A stretch of DNA of 64,000 nt from NCBI GenBank assembly GCA_001244265.2, contig CDLV01000005.1, positions 2,604,001 to 2,668,000 on the forward strand. Direction: 5' to 3'. Origin of the DNA: Microbotryum violaceum. Its lineage: Eukaryota. Below, one piece after another: positions 1 through 11,292 of this stretch. The stretch's first letter is position 1, and each line of letters begins with the position of its first letter. The notes under the pieces were generated by a model. It was given only the letters and a program-made list of their open reading frames with translations. It made no database searches and was not told where the DNA came from. Position numbers and translations under genes: made by a program.

Positions 1-181
1 GGGGGGGGGGGCGAGAAAAAAGATCGGCGTGTGCGCGTGCGCGGCTGAGAACCTTATGCTTATTTAGTCGTATTTTATGTAGATGTAGATAGATGTAGGT
101 AGATGTAGATAGATGTAGGTAGATGTAGATAAATGTAGATAGATGTAGGTAGATGTAGATAAATGTAGATAGATAGATAGA
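1..181 (-). mobile_element. Probable Helitron-like 5' terminus running off the left edge, with (TCTA/TCTACA) microsatellite
   Basis: Minus strand reads TCTATCTATCTAC...ATCTACATAAAATA...GTTCTCAGCCGCGC. The same two blocks (GCGCGGCTGAGAAC and TATTTTATGTAGATGT on +) recur at ~21476-21526. TC-starting, AT-rich ends of this kind are typical of Helitron 5' termini. The other end is not visible. Confidence 0.4.
78..180. repeat. Imperfect 10-bp tandem repeat (TAGATGTAGA/TAGATGTAGG) ending in (TAGA)n
   Basis: Read directly from the sequence. Confidence 0.95.
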
Positions 182-270
182 AGTCTGAGCCGGATAGCCC
201 CGGTGTCAGCCGTCAGCCGGTCAGCCTCTTACGACGCTGTGTTTTATGCCGCCAATCTGCAAAGGCCGGC

Positions 271-302
271 TTCAGACGTTCAGACGTTCAGACGTTCAGA
301 CG
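271..302. repeat. (TTCAGACG)x4 tandem repeat
   Basis: Read directly from the sequence. Confidence 0.95.
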
Positions 303-1862
303 ACGCCTAATAATCGGTCGTATCAGCGCTGCCATACCTGGCATACCTAAAGTGAAATCTTCGCATTATCTTCCAGCTGGTACACAAGCATGCTATCTTC
401 CGCGCACAGGTACATACTCGCTTCCACCAGTCAGCCAGGTGCATGATTTGCTGGCACCTGCCATTGGGAGGTGGGCGCTGAGACGGCGCTGGGCAGGACG
501 GGTGAGCCGGCGTCCAGCGCTCAGCAAGTTTTGCCCACTCGCCAGCCTTCGCGCGCGAGGAGCGCGCACGATGATTGGCAGTGATTATTAGAGTTGGGAC
601 GTCGTTCGCGAGAGTTTCAAAGTTTGGATTCTTTCCCGGGTCGCACTGGTCGCCGGTACCGATTTCCAAGCCCCACCCAGGACACCTCGTAGCCTCCCGG
701 CATAGCCTCACCCACGGGGCCACCACCTCCTGATTGAAAGTCTGAACTGACAGCAAAAATGCTGGCGATTACTCAGACACATCATTAGCGTTTTTAGATT
801 GCTGGAAGTAATCAGAAAGCCCAAGCTCAACGCAAGGGCCGCGCGACCGGCCATGTTTCGGCGACTTGGCGAATAGGAGGCGCGCACAAGCCGCCGACGC
901 AACTCACGTGGTGGTGGGTGGTCTCTCCTAACGGGCTGAGCCACGCGACAGGGGGGTTCCACTAGAGTTCAGCTATCAGCCCCTGAATTCGGGGATTTGG
1001 GTATCGATGGACCAAAGTTCTCGCTCACGTGCTCGGAATCAATTGAAGTTCGGGGTCGCCTTCTGACGCCGCGCTTGAAGTGTCGGCTTAGTAGGCACCC
1101 GAAGCCGATCTCGAAGCCCCGCTGCGAGGACTGTAGACAGGCACCGATACCGACGTTTTCTTACCACTCTCCCGCATTCGAGGCGGACAGCCGGTGCTCG
1201 CAGGGTCGAAAGTGTCCTCGCAGCGACGGCCACGAGGATCTGATTGGCATTCAAACAGCGAGGTGCGTGACGTCGTTGTGGTTCGCGCTAGCAGCACCGA
1301 GGACGTCCGACGCTCACGCTTTTCCCGGAGAAGAAGAAAGGCGATGGAGCAGGGCAATACGCCTATATCGGACTTAGTGTTTGCATACTAGGTTGGTTTG
1401 TTAAGTTGCTACTGCGCGTACGGCGAGTACTAAAAATAAAATAAAATCGCGACAAGCTCCTCGAGCTTGAGGGTCCAGGGATTAGGGAATGGTAGGTGTG
1501 CTTAGCGCATCGATCTCCTCTTTCGCCAGCCTGATCGCGGGGCCGGTTTTTGATCAGCATGATCGCGGCTTTTCACAAAATAAGGCATCTCACACAGGTA
1601 CCTGCGTACTTTACCTCCCTCCCTCCCTCCCATCCCCTCCCCCATCCCTCACCCACCTTGCACCTTTGTCAGCTGCCGCACTTGCTTACCTACCGTTCGC
1701 GTGCGCCGAGCAGCACGGTCAGTAGTTGGTAGCAGGCCGAGGCTGTGTCCGCCCAGGTCGGTCAGGTCGTACGGGCCCTGCACGATCGCGCTTTCGACGC
1801 AGCGCCGAACTCGCGCTCGGGGGTGACGGGTTGCTCAACCCAGGGCCTGAGTTGGCAAAGTT

Positions 1863-4462
1863 ATGATTCATCGACCGGCTCGTGACCTCCCACCGGACTC
1901 TTCACCACCGGACTCACCCCCGGTTGCATCGACTTCCCGGCTTCCCGAATCCTTGAGCCCGGATGGTCAACTCGATGGCGACGCCGGTGACGAGCTGTTC
2001 GACGACGATTATGACGACGGAGCCGAGATGGCAAGCGGGATGGTGAGAGGCGCCGAAGAGGACGTCGATGAATTAGAGACCTTTGGCGGTGAGGGTGCGG
2101 TGCCGCGAGCGGCAAAAAAATCGACATGTGCCACATCCCAGAAAACGCAGGCTGCTTTCATACACAAGCTCTACTCGTGAGTCAAACCCGCACACTTGGC
2201 CCCCTCCCCTATTTACCAGCCCGAGTCGCCGGCCGGCAAGTCAGGCCGCGCTTCAAGGCTATAGATGGAGACTCGTCCAGAGGGTGATCTGAACTGGCGC
2301 TGACGAACGGTTGCTGACGCGTATTTTGCTCATGTAATTCTGGGACACCTCTCGTTTGATCGTTCACAATCTCGTTCTCAGCATGGCCTCGCTCGGACGA
2401 AGCAATTTCGACTCCCTCATAGACTGGACGAAGGACGGTAAGGCATTCGGGGTCTCCCGGCCGAACGAGTTCGCCAAAGTGGTGCTGCCACAATACGTAA
2501 GTGAGGGAGCTCATTACCCGGATCTGTACTGTTGCGGTGCACAAGCGGGCCACTGCCCAGAAGAAGCAACAGTGGCTCGCCTCAGAGACCCGCGAGCTAT
2601 AGGAGGCAATGAGAGGTCTATCGCCTCCGCGATTGGCTTCTGCGCCAGCTGACTCTCTGTACGAGTATTCACCTCAGTTCAAGCACTCTAATTTCGCTTC
2701 ATTCGTACGTCAGTGCAACATGTATGGCTTTCAGTAAGCAGTCTTTTCTTTGGTCTTTTCAGCGTTCTACAATGTTACGCAAGCTCGGGGCGGGATCCTG
2801 TCGATTCGAGAGCTCCGGCCGTGGGAGCCTGGCTGCTACGTCTTCGCCACCGCTGACGATCCTGACCATTGGCAAACCCCGTCTGGCAGCAAAGTCAACG
2901 ATCTTCTACCAAACATCTCGCAAACCCCAACGACTATGGATGTGAGCCTCGCGTGGGAGTTCCAGCACCCGTTCTTCCGCCGCAATGAACCGGATCTTCT
3001 TTCGCGAATCAAACGCAAATCGGTTCGGCCCGCCGCCGCATCTGGAGCTCAGCTTACCGCTACACGATCAAGCGTTGCGTCTTCCTCAGTGGTGACCTGT
3101 GGGTCTCGCACCGTATCTCATACCCCCCAAGATGCAAAGGAGCAGCTCGATGTTCATGTCCCAGCGGGACGTGACGACGGGGATCGCCCTCCTTGTGGTA
3201 ATGAATTATCTACGGATCAATCTCAGGGATCAGGGGCCAAATGGAAGAAGGAAGCTCATCTACACCAATGCAAACTCAGTGTGGGAGGTGCGTGCCCATT
3301 CGGCTATGTATGGGCCTCTGTTTGAAGTGAGACTGAGCTAACATCAAGCCGCCGCCCATCTGCGCAGAGCCGCGCGCGATAAGTCGCCGCGAAGAATCAC
3401 CACAACGGCCCATACCCGACCTCCGTCGCACAAACAGTGGATCCTGTGTGTCCTCGAATCGCTCTCCCGCGCCCTCGTTCCCATGGGCCACATTCCCACC
3501 AACGAATCAGCCATCGAGGCCGCCGTTCCCGACGCCTTCGCACTCACCGAGGCCTGTTACGGCCGGTAGTGCCGACAGCTCTCCGCTCGCAAGACAGGTC
3601 GCATCACTTGAGGCGCGTGTGCAAAGTTTGACCACCGCCCTTGCAGATTCGAACGCCATCGCTTCCTCGACGTGGTCCAATGCGCACACCTCGATGCGAC
3701 TGTTTCTGGGCGTGTTGGAGGGCTTTGATCTCACACGCGACCAGCGCAATCAACGTGAGTCCAGATTCAATTGTAAAAGTTTTGCACTTGTCCGCAAATG
3801 ACCCCGCTCTGACCGAGTGAAACGAGGCGAGCTTTCTCTACACAGTCGAGCGCTGCTCGTCGCTCCTTCACGGCGGCGAAGTCGATCCCTCAGTGGTACT
3901 GCCCGCACTTGCACATTCACCTTCCCCCCCACCTTGGGGGTCAAACTGGCAAAGTGCTTCCCCGTACGCTCCTCGTGCGCCTCGTGCCTCTTCGTCCTCC
4001 AACACACCTGTCACTTATGGTCAGCCCCGCCCACCGGCGAACGAGCGGCACTCGCGGACCCTCAGACGACTCACCGGCTCTGATCCATTCCCTCGTCCCG
4101 AATCCGACATACCCCCGGGCTATGGTCGAATAGCCCCCGCTATATCGTCGTACGTCTGTCCTTATGAAGCGGTCTCGTCTGCCCCTCCTGGCATCACCGT
4201 CCTTACCCACCCACCAACCTACAGGGCGGGTATCAATTCAGCAAACGCCAGCTTTTCTGGTGGTCCTCACCCGCCGAGTCGTCCCGCTTACCCCGTTCCG
4301 ACGGGGCAGATGCGTTCGGCGGAGACGTTACCCTCCCTTGCATCGCTCTTGGCGGGAGCCTCTCCGACAGGAGGAGTGGGGAGACCCCGATCGTTGGCCG
4401 CAGAACACGGTGACGACAGGGGTGACGGCAGGGGTGACGAAAAGAAGAAACGTAGGGTGTGA
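1863..4462 (+). CDS. HSF-type DNA-binding transcription factor (multi-exon)
   Basis: Spliced HSF domain: KTQAAFIHKLYS | MASL..IDWTKDGKAFGVSRPNEFAKVVLPQY | FKHSNFASFVRQCNMYGF | SKVND..AWEFQHPFFRRNEPDLLSRIKRK. Later a coiled coil (LARQVASLEARVQSLTTAL) and a C-terminal KKKRRV NLS-like tail. Confidence 0.9.
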
Positions 4463-4777
4463 CTTGAGTCTGGCCCACACCGACTGTATCTCGCATATAC
4501 CGTATACATAGACATTTTTTGTCACATGCAGAGTTTTAATCCAGAAGTATTATTTATCCCATTCATCTTCTGGACCACGGCGTGGGGTCATCTGAAAGAG
4601 CGAGCCCATTCGCGTTTGTTTCGGATCTTGGGAACAATTTTACCCATTTATATCTATGACCGTGCCCTAAACATCAGCCCGGGCACAGGAAGAGGCAGAA
4701 GAATGGCGGGTGTGGTTCCCAGTGGGCCGTGTCCGATAAGAGTAGTTTTGGTTCCTCGCGACGGAAGGAAAGATGCT

Positions 4778-4898
4778 AGCTGCGCTCGTACCGCTGGAAC
4801 TCTCGAATAGACAGGATCCCGCCCTGAGCTTGCGCAACATTCAGAACACTGAAAAGGACTAAGATATAGACTGCAAATTGAAAGCCATACATGTTGCA
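4778..4898 (-). repeat. Inverted partial duplicate of HSF gene segment 2714-2835 (exon end + intron)
   Basis: The reverse complement begins TGCAACATGTATGGCTTTCA (20/20 with 2714-2733) and continues at roughly 80% identity through ...CGCAAGCTC-GGGCGGGATCCTGTC-ATTCGAGAG-TCC... The GTAAG donor is replaced by ATTTG. Confidence 0.9.
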
Positions 4899-5191
4899 GC
4901 GTGCTCCAGGGTGTGTGTGTGTGGGAGCTTCGAGCTGATAACCGTGGCGCTCGCTCAACTCCACGCGTCACTGACGACTCGAGCAACGCCTCTCTACGAT
5001 GACTTGCCTTTTCTGGCCTACAAGGGCGTCACGGATTAAATTCTACGGGTGTCTCAGATATCGATCAATTATGCTCTTTTCAATTTGATATACTTAATAC
5101 GGTCCAGGCTTGTTCTTGGCTCAAGCACACACTGCACACGACAAATCACAACCTGTCTCTACTCCAGGCCACCGACCGACCGAGGAGAGGA

Positions 5192-7517
5192 TCAGCTAGA
5201 CCTCGACACAAGCGCTTTACTATCGTTGTCGTAGTCCGTCGTTGAATGTGAACGATCGTGAAGCGAGCCAAAGTGGATGCTTTGACCTGACTGAAGCGAT
5301 GCGGGTCGTCTCCCTTGTTGAGTCCCCGGGGGGGCGTTGGGTCCTCCCTCCATGACAAACGAAGGTCGCGAGTCGTTCATGGGTCGCAAATTGATGCGGA
5401 GGCGAGGTTTTGAGGCCGAGGTACGACCGAGACCGAATATACTCTTGGACCAGGATCTACCTTCTCGATGTCGCGTTCTGACGAGCTGGACCAACGAGGA
5501 GAAAAAGAGCAACAGGAAGATGCCGGCACAACTGGGGTCGGATCCGTAAACGAAAAGCTATGAAGTCAGCTATGCACCTTGTCAAACCGAGTCATTCTAT
5601 GATAAACAAACCCCAGCGTCACTGTGAAAAGGTCTTTGCCGTCAGTGCACCGAGCACGGAAAACGGCTAGCCAAAACCAGAGGACTTACCGGAGAGGTAC
5701 AGCATCGCCAAAGTCCCGTGTGCGTACAGCGCAAGGCCGACTTGAGTCTGAGCAAAGCCCAGCAACAATATGGAAACACCCATGACCATATGGATGACTT
5801 GCGGGAGCGAGCGGGTGAAGACCTTGGTGCCACCATAATGCGCAGAACTCGTCTCGACCGGCGGTGGCAGGGTTCGACGCGCCAGTAAGCCTAACGTGAC
5901 TTGCAAAAGTAGGAGCGCGCCGAGAGTGAGGCCCATTAACTGCGAGCAAGAATTATTGGGTTGATCAGAGAGTATGCTTCTGAGGCGTTTTTTCGTCAGA
6001 GTCAACGAACTTGATGAGTGCGTGTCATCGCGTCAGTAGGTGGATGGCCTGCGAGCATGCCGAAAACCACGATAACGATAGTGGAAGGGAAGACGATCCA
6101 TCCCTTAACACCCGATTGGACAGGGAAAAAAATCAGGATACACGTCGAGAAACATCACAGGGTAAGGCTGGTACGAACCTGAAAAGTGGCATGCTGTCAA
6201 GAGAATTTCGTACCAAGGCTAGAGATTCAGCCACGGTTAGGTGCCTAGGCGCGTAGGATGCCCAGTCAACTCACGTATCCAAACCATTTCGGATGGGCGC
6301 GGCAGAACCGTGGAACAAGAATACCAACAGGCGCAACGAGTGTCCAAACGACGATCGCCAAATTTGCGTGGGCTGTGGGTACAGACACCACAAGTTCAAC
6401 GGGTCAGCACGAGCCTGGTCAGGGGGTATACCTGTTGTTCAAGCACGATCGAGAGGCCATCGGACGTACCCATGATCAAGATCTGTCGCTGTGTCGGTGC
6501 ACAAGATGGTTTCCGGTTCAGAAGACCGTGCGAACTCGGCTTTCTGTCTCATGTGCTCGTCTGCCATCCTCGAATAAGGACTGACCAGTGTGTCCGAGGG
6601 GAATTTATCCTCGTTGTCCGAAACATCTGCCGGGATGCTCGTACCCGAATCATTTCCGCCGGCGTTCGAAGACTCCGACGACAATTGTTTTTTAGTGAGG
6701 TAAGGTTTCGCGAGGTTCATTGTCAAAATGGATTTGTGGTCATGCATCTGCGCGGTCCGGATCCCAATGGTGATAGGATTTGTGTGAGCTGCTTCTGCCA
6801 CGTGGGATGTTGAACTTTCCGCGGGTTATGCAGCTTTTGTCTCACCGTGAAAGGAGAGCGGGGGTCGTCGGACGTAGGAGGAACAGGGGATGAAGCGACG
6901 ATGATTGGCTGGTTGGGATTTGGTGTGTCCAAGGCGAGAGCTGTGATTGCGATCGCGGGGAACACGTCCTGAGAAGGTGGGAACGTCAGGGCTCGAATAA
7001 ACGAAGCGCGATTCCCCGCGTCGGTGGAGATGAGGTCGAAGGCGTCGACCTGTTGAAAGTAGGCAGAAGAGTTCGTGGTATAGGCCACGGGGAGTGCCCA
7101 CCCATTTGGGGAGGCGCGAGGAGAGAGGACGAAGTGTGACCTGTCCTGACTGGGCCACAGCACGACCATGGCCGAGTTTTTCATGGCGCTGCCAAAGCCC
7201 TGTGAACTCGAATTGTGACGGGATCGGAGCCACTAGTCAGTAACTATGCCCCTTGATTCGAAACTGTGTTCCAACCTCACCATGGCGATCCAGCCTAATT
7301 TGACCCCCACCGGTATCTCGAATGACACGACCGCATGGCTCGTGTTGGCGAGGATCGTGAGCGCAAAGGTGTCCCAGACGACGGTCTGTCCTCGAATTGT
7401 TGAGGGAGCGGCGGGCTGTAAGAGGTTGGCGAGTGCAAGGGAGGGTACGTTTACTTTGAGGGCCGCTCGAGCGAGGGATGCGAATAGAAGGACGCTAGTG
7501 AGGAGTGGGAGGCGCAT
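5192..7517 (-). CDS. Signal peptide + DOMON/CDH-type cytochrome domain + cytochrome b561/ferric-reductase-like TM domain (copy 1)
   Basis: MRLPLLTSVLLFASLARA signal. LGWIAM|GFGSAMKNSAMVVLWP carries the heme Met and MHDH the heme His. The b561 His residues are in RQILIMAHANL, WFGY|HATFQ, RTHQ and QVIHMVMG. C-terminal EGRSWSKSIFGLGR. Includes 19-nt and 15-nt microexons. Confidence 0.8.
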
Positions 7518-8419
7518 GGCGCTCGAATGCCGTATGATTTGGGCTGTTACGGCGGTAGTTGTTTTGGGAAGAGTCAATGAGCGGAATGAGACGTATCCTC
7601 AGTAGACAGGTCATCCTCACATGCCACGAGACGTCAAGTGCTGCAACGCACCTCGAGCGAGACAAGTGAGCGCGGCCAAAGAAAGAAACCCCTCTCAGGC
7701 GAAGGCGACGACGTGGGTCCGAACGCCAGTGCAGAAGCGCGTTCGTGGCGGGCGACCAGGCAGGAAGTGTATAAGATCAGCAGGCGAGGACAGAAGAGCG
7801 AAGAAACCGTGCAGACTATTTGGTAGCCTGAAGACGAGACAGGCTAACCCAGTTTAACGCTTTGGATCGGTCAGACGGTCGTCATGATCGGTGAGTTGGT
7901 CGCACCCGAAGGGTCAGTAGTACGAACGCGAGACAGGAGAGGCCGAGCTAACGGAAAGGAGACCCGATCACGGTGACGGTCGCGCTCTGCTCCGTCGAGC
8001 ATGAAGACATGAGAGGCCACGATTGGTACGAGGCGTTTCTGTCCTTTGATCTATGTTTGAAGATTGCCATCGTTTCTATGGGAACACGGACCTCTCCGAT
8101 CGGACATGACCCACGCCCACGCGATCAAGCGCGGCGGCTTTCGGGCTCTGCCGCGCATGAACGATTACCGATTTTATTGTATTCTACTCACTCTATTTTG
8201 TCAAGCCTGACTATATATCTAATACGCAATTTCAGTGTCGACTGAAATGTTGGTCAGGCTTGTGTAAAAGGAAGCGGCAGCAAGAAGCGGTCCGAGCGCA
8301 GACCTTTACCGCCGGGCGCCGCAAGGCGTGTAATGTCGGCTCTTGTTAGCCCCCATCGCATCTTTTCGTCTTGGATTTATAAGGGGAAATCGTTCTTGAC
8401 TGGTCTTGGTGCTCGAGTG

Positions 8420-10943
8420 ATGTGTGGGATAGCGTTTGCTTTGAGCTACAGGTCAGTAAAGAACGCTGAAACTCGATGGGCGCTCAGTGGGCCTTCGCAA
8501 GCTGAGCTCGTCCTGCATCGAGCTTGCAGTACACCGACTGCACCCTTGATCGAACACGATTATGATAACCAAGTCAAGATTGGACATGCTGTGCGTGACG
8601 AGAACGCAACATCGGTTTCAGTACCGTCGCTAGACTGTCGAGACGAGGTCGAGTCCGAGGTGGAAGACGACAGTGCAGCATGGTGGAGAGCCGTCAGTGG
8701 AGCTGTCCAGCCACGAGGTGAGTCAAAAGCTTACCGATAGAACACGAGAGGTATGTGCGTGTATTTACTGTCCCGATGCGACCCCATGCGACGTTTGTTC
8801 ACATCTCGGCGACTCAGGGCCGGATGCGTCGGGAGATCATCATGTCGAGCTGGAAGCCATCAAGGAAAGGTTCAACATCGACATGAGGTTCCATACATCG
8901 GTGTTGCATATGAGAGGAGACGTTACCCCGCAACCCTTCGTTGAAGCCGACACGGGAGATGTCTTGCTCTGGAACGGTGAAGTTTTTGATGGACTGACGG
9001 TGGGTACCCGAGCTTGAGCCTAGGAACTGCTCAGTACGAGGACGGCCAATTGGCTCATCTTATTCGTCACCGCCTGCCCTACAGGTCGGATCGCACGACA
9101 ATGACGGCTCAAGACTCTTTCACGAGATTCAACAAGCAGGACCTCGAGCGCTCCCCGCCATCCTTCAAGGCATAGAAGGACCTTACGCTTTCATCTACTT
9201 CGATAAAGCACAAAACACGCTCTGGTTCGGACGAGATCATCTTGGAAGACGGTCGCTCTTGTTGCATCGTCCTACGCCGTCCATGCCTCGCTTGATCTTG
9301 GCTTCGTGCGCACCGTTGGCCAGACCCAATTCTGATTTTGGCGAATGGGAGGAAGTGGCGTGCGATGCCTTGTTCTCTTTCGACTTGAATGAAGTGTTGC
9401 AAAGTGGTGTTCCTGTGAGCGGCAATGCTGATTCCTCATGGGGAGGTCAAACTGATCATTGACCTCTCCTATGCGTGCAGACCTTTGTGCCAACCCCTCG
9501 GTCGTTTAGGTCGGACGCTCAAGCTCCAAAAAACTCTTCGGTAGGTTTCTTTGTCCGACCCGTCTCCAATCTGACGTCGACCGACCCTGCCTGAAACGTA
9601 CTTGCCCAGTTTTACCCTTACGACCGTCTCCTCACGATTGTCCCAACCCCCGACCAAGTTTTCGACCCCTCCTCACACGAAACCCAACCGGTCCAGCTTG
9701 AGCTCCAAAGCGCGATTCTCGCCCTCGAAGCCGCTCTCGAACTCTCGATCCGTCAACGAATCCTCAATCTACCACCCAATCCCGACCCTTCCTCACCTTC
9801 CCCACAAGCCCGTATCGCCGTTCTGTTCTCGGGTGGTTTGGATTGTACGACTTTGGCTTGTTTGGTTGATCGGATTTTGGATGAGGAGGAGGGGATCGAT
9901 TTGATTAATGTCGCTTTTGAGAACCCGAGGACGATTCAGTCGATGACTAAGTTGAAGGAGCGGCAGGGGAGTGGGAAGAAGAAGAACAAGAATCGACGTA
10001 AAGATGGGGAGGAACTGAAGGTGGAAGAAGGGGCGGTTGATTCGGGGAATAAAGAGATATCGATTTATGATGTGCCGGATCGGTTGACGGGGAGAGCGAG
10101 TTGGAGGGAATTGAGGAGATTGAGACCGAAGAGGAGGTGGAACCTCGTTGGCGAGTCTTATTTACTCGGAGCAGGTACGGGCGACTCGAACTGACAGATT
10201 GTGCGTGTTTACAGAGGTCGACGTCCCTTATCAAGAAATGATGGAGCATCGGTCCGCTGTGATGGAGCTGATGAGGTGCGCTCCTACCCATTAATTCCAA
10301 CCCACGTCGAGGCTGACTCCCTTCACCTTTTTTCTGCAGACCCCACTGCACCATCATGGATCTGAGTATCTCGCTCGCCTTCTACTTTGCCGCCCGAGGT
10401 CAAGGCCACCTCGCCTCCTCCGATCCCAACCCCAGCTCAAAGACGACTCCACCCCAACCGTACCACTCCTCAGCCCGAGTGCTCCTCTCGGGTCTAGGCG
10501 CGGACGAACTTCTCGGCGGCTACGCTCGTCACCGAAAAGCGTTCTATACCGCCACAGGTGGAAGACCTTTGCCTACGTCGGACCCCTCCGATGGGTCCTG
10601 GTCTCACCTGATTCAAGAAATGCAAATGGATCTCGATCGCCTACCGATTCGTAACCTAGGTCGTGACGATCGGATCATCTCCCATCATGGCAAAGAAGCT
10701 CGGTACCCTTTCCTTGCTGCACACGTGATCGACCTCTGTACGAAACTACCTATTTGGATCAAGTGTGATCCGAGATTGGGAGAGGGGAAAGGGGATAAGA
10801 GGTTGTTGAGATTGGTTGCGGGCAAGTTGGGTTTGGGGGAGGTGGCTGGTTTGAAGAAGAGAGCGATTCATTTTGGGGCGAGGACGGCTAAGATGGAGCT
10901 GGGGAGTGGGAGGGACAAGGGAGAGGATGCGGTGGAGGGGTGA
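8420..10943 (+). CDS. Asparagine synthetase domain-containing protein (ASNSD1/YML096W-like)
   Basis: N-terminal MCGI (Ntn amidotransferase); SVLHMRG..QP; LLWNGEVFDG; VLFSGGLDCT; LLSGLGADELLGGY; RNLGRDDRIISHHGKEARYPFL. Confidence 0.9.
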
Positions 10944-11292
10944 GTGAAAGTACCAGAGGGATGGTGTGTGGTGTGTGTGTGTGGGGGGGGGGGGGGGGAT
11001 GTATGGAGTTGTTGTTGTATTCTATGACCAAAATTGGAGACGAAGTTTCCCCGAGCTCTCGAGCGGGGAGGGGAGCATTCCGAGACCCAATGGACGAACC
11101 TGGCCATGTGATTGGAGAGAAAGGGGTGCATTTGCTTCAACAGAATGGTGAATAATTATTTAGACACTGCCTCGTTGGATTTGATCGTTATGAGAGCCCC
11201 CCTTACGGCCCCCACTTGGCTCAGAGCACGCTCGTTGCCCTCTCGTCCTCTCCCCACCTCCATTCTTCGCTCCCCTCCTAAAGAACCCGACC

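Noticed and set aside
4776..4964. Independent small HSF-like gene on the minus strand (CNMYGF)
   Set aside because: Only six codons match the exon; the rest is copied intron, the donor is mutated and there is no ATG start.
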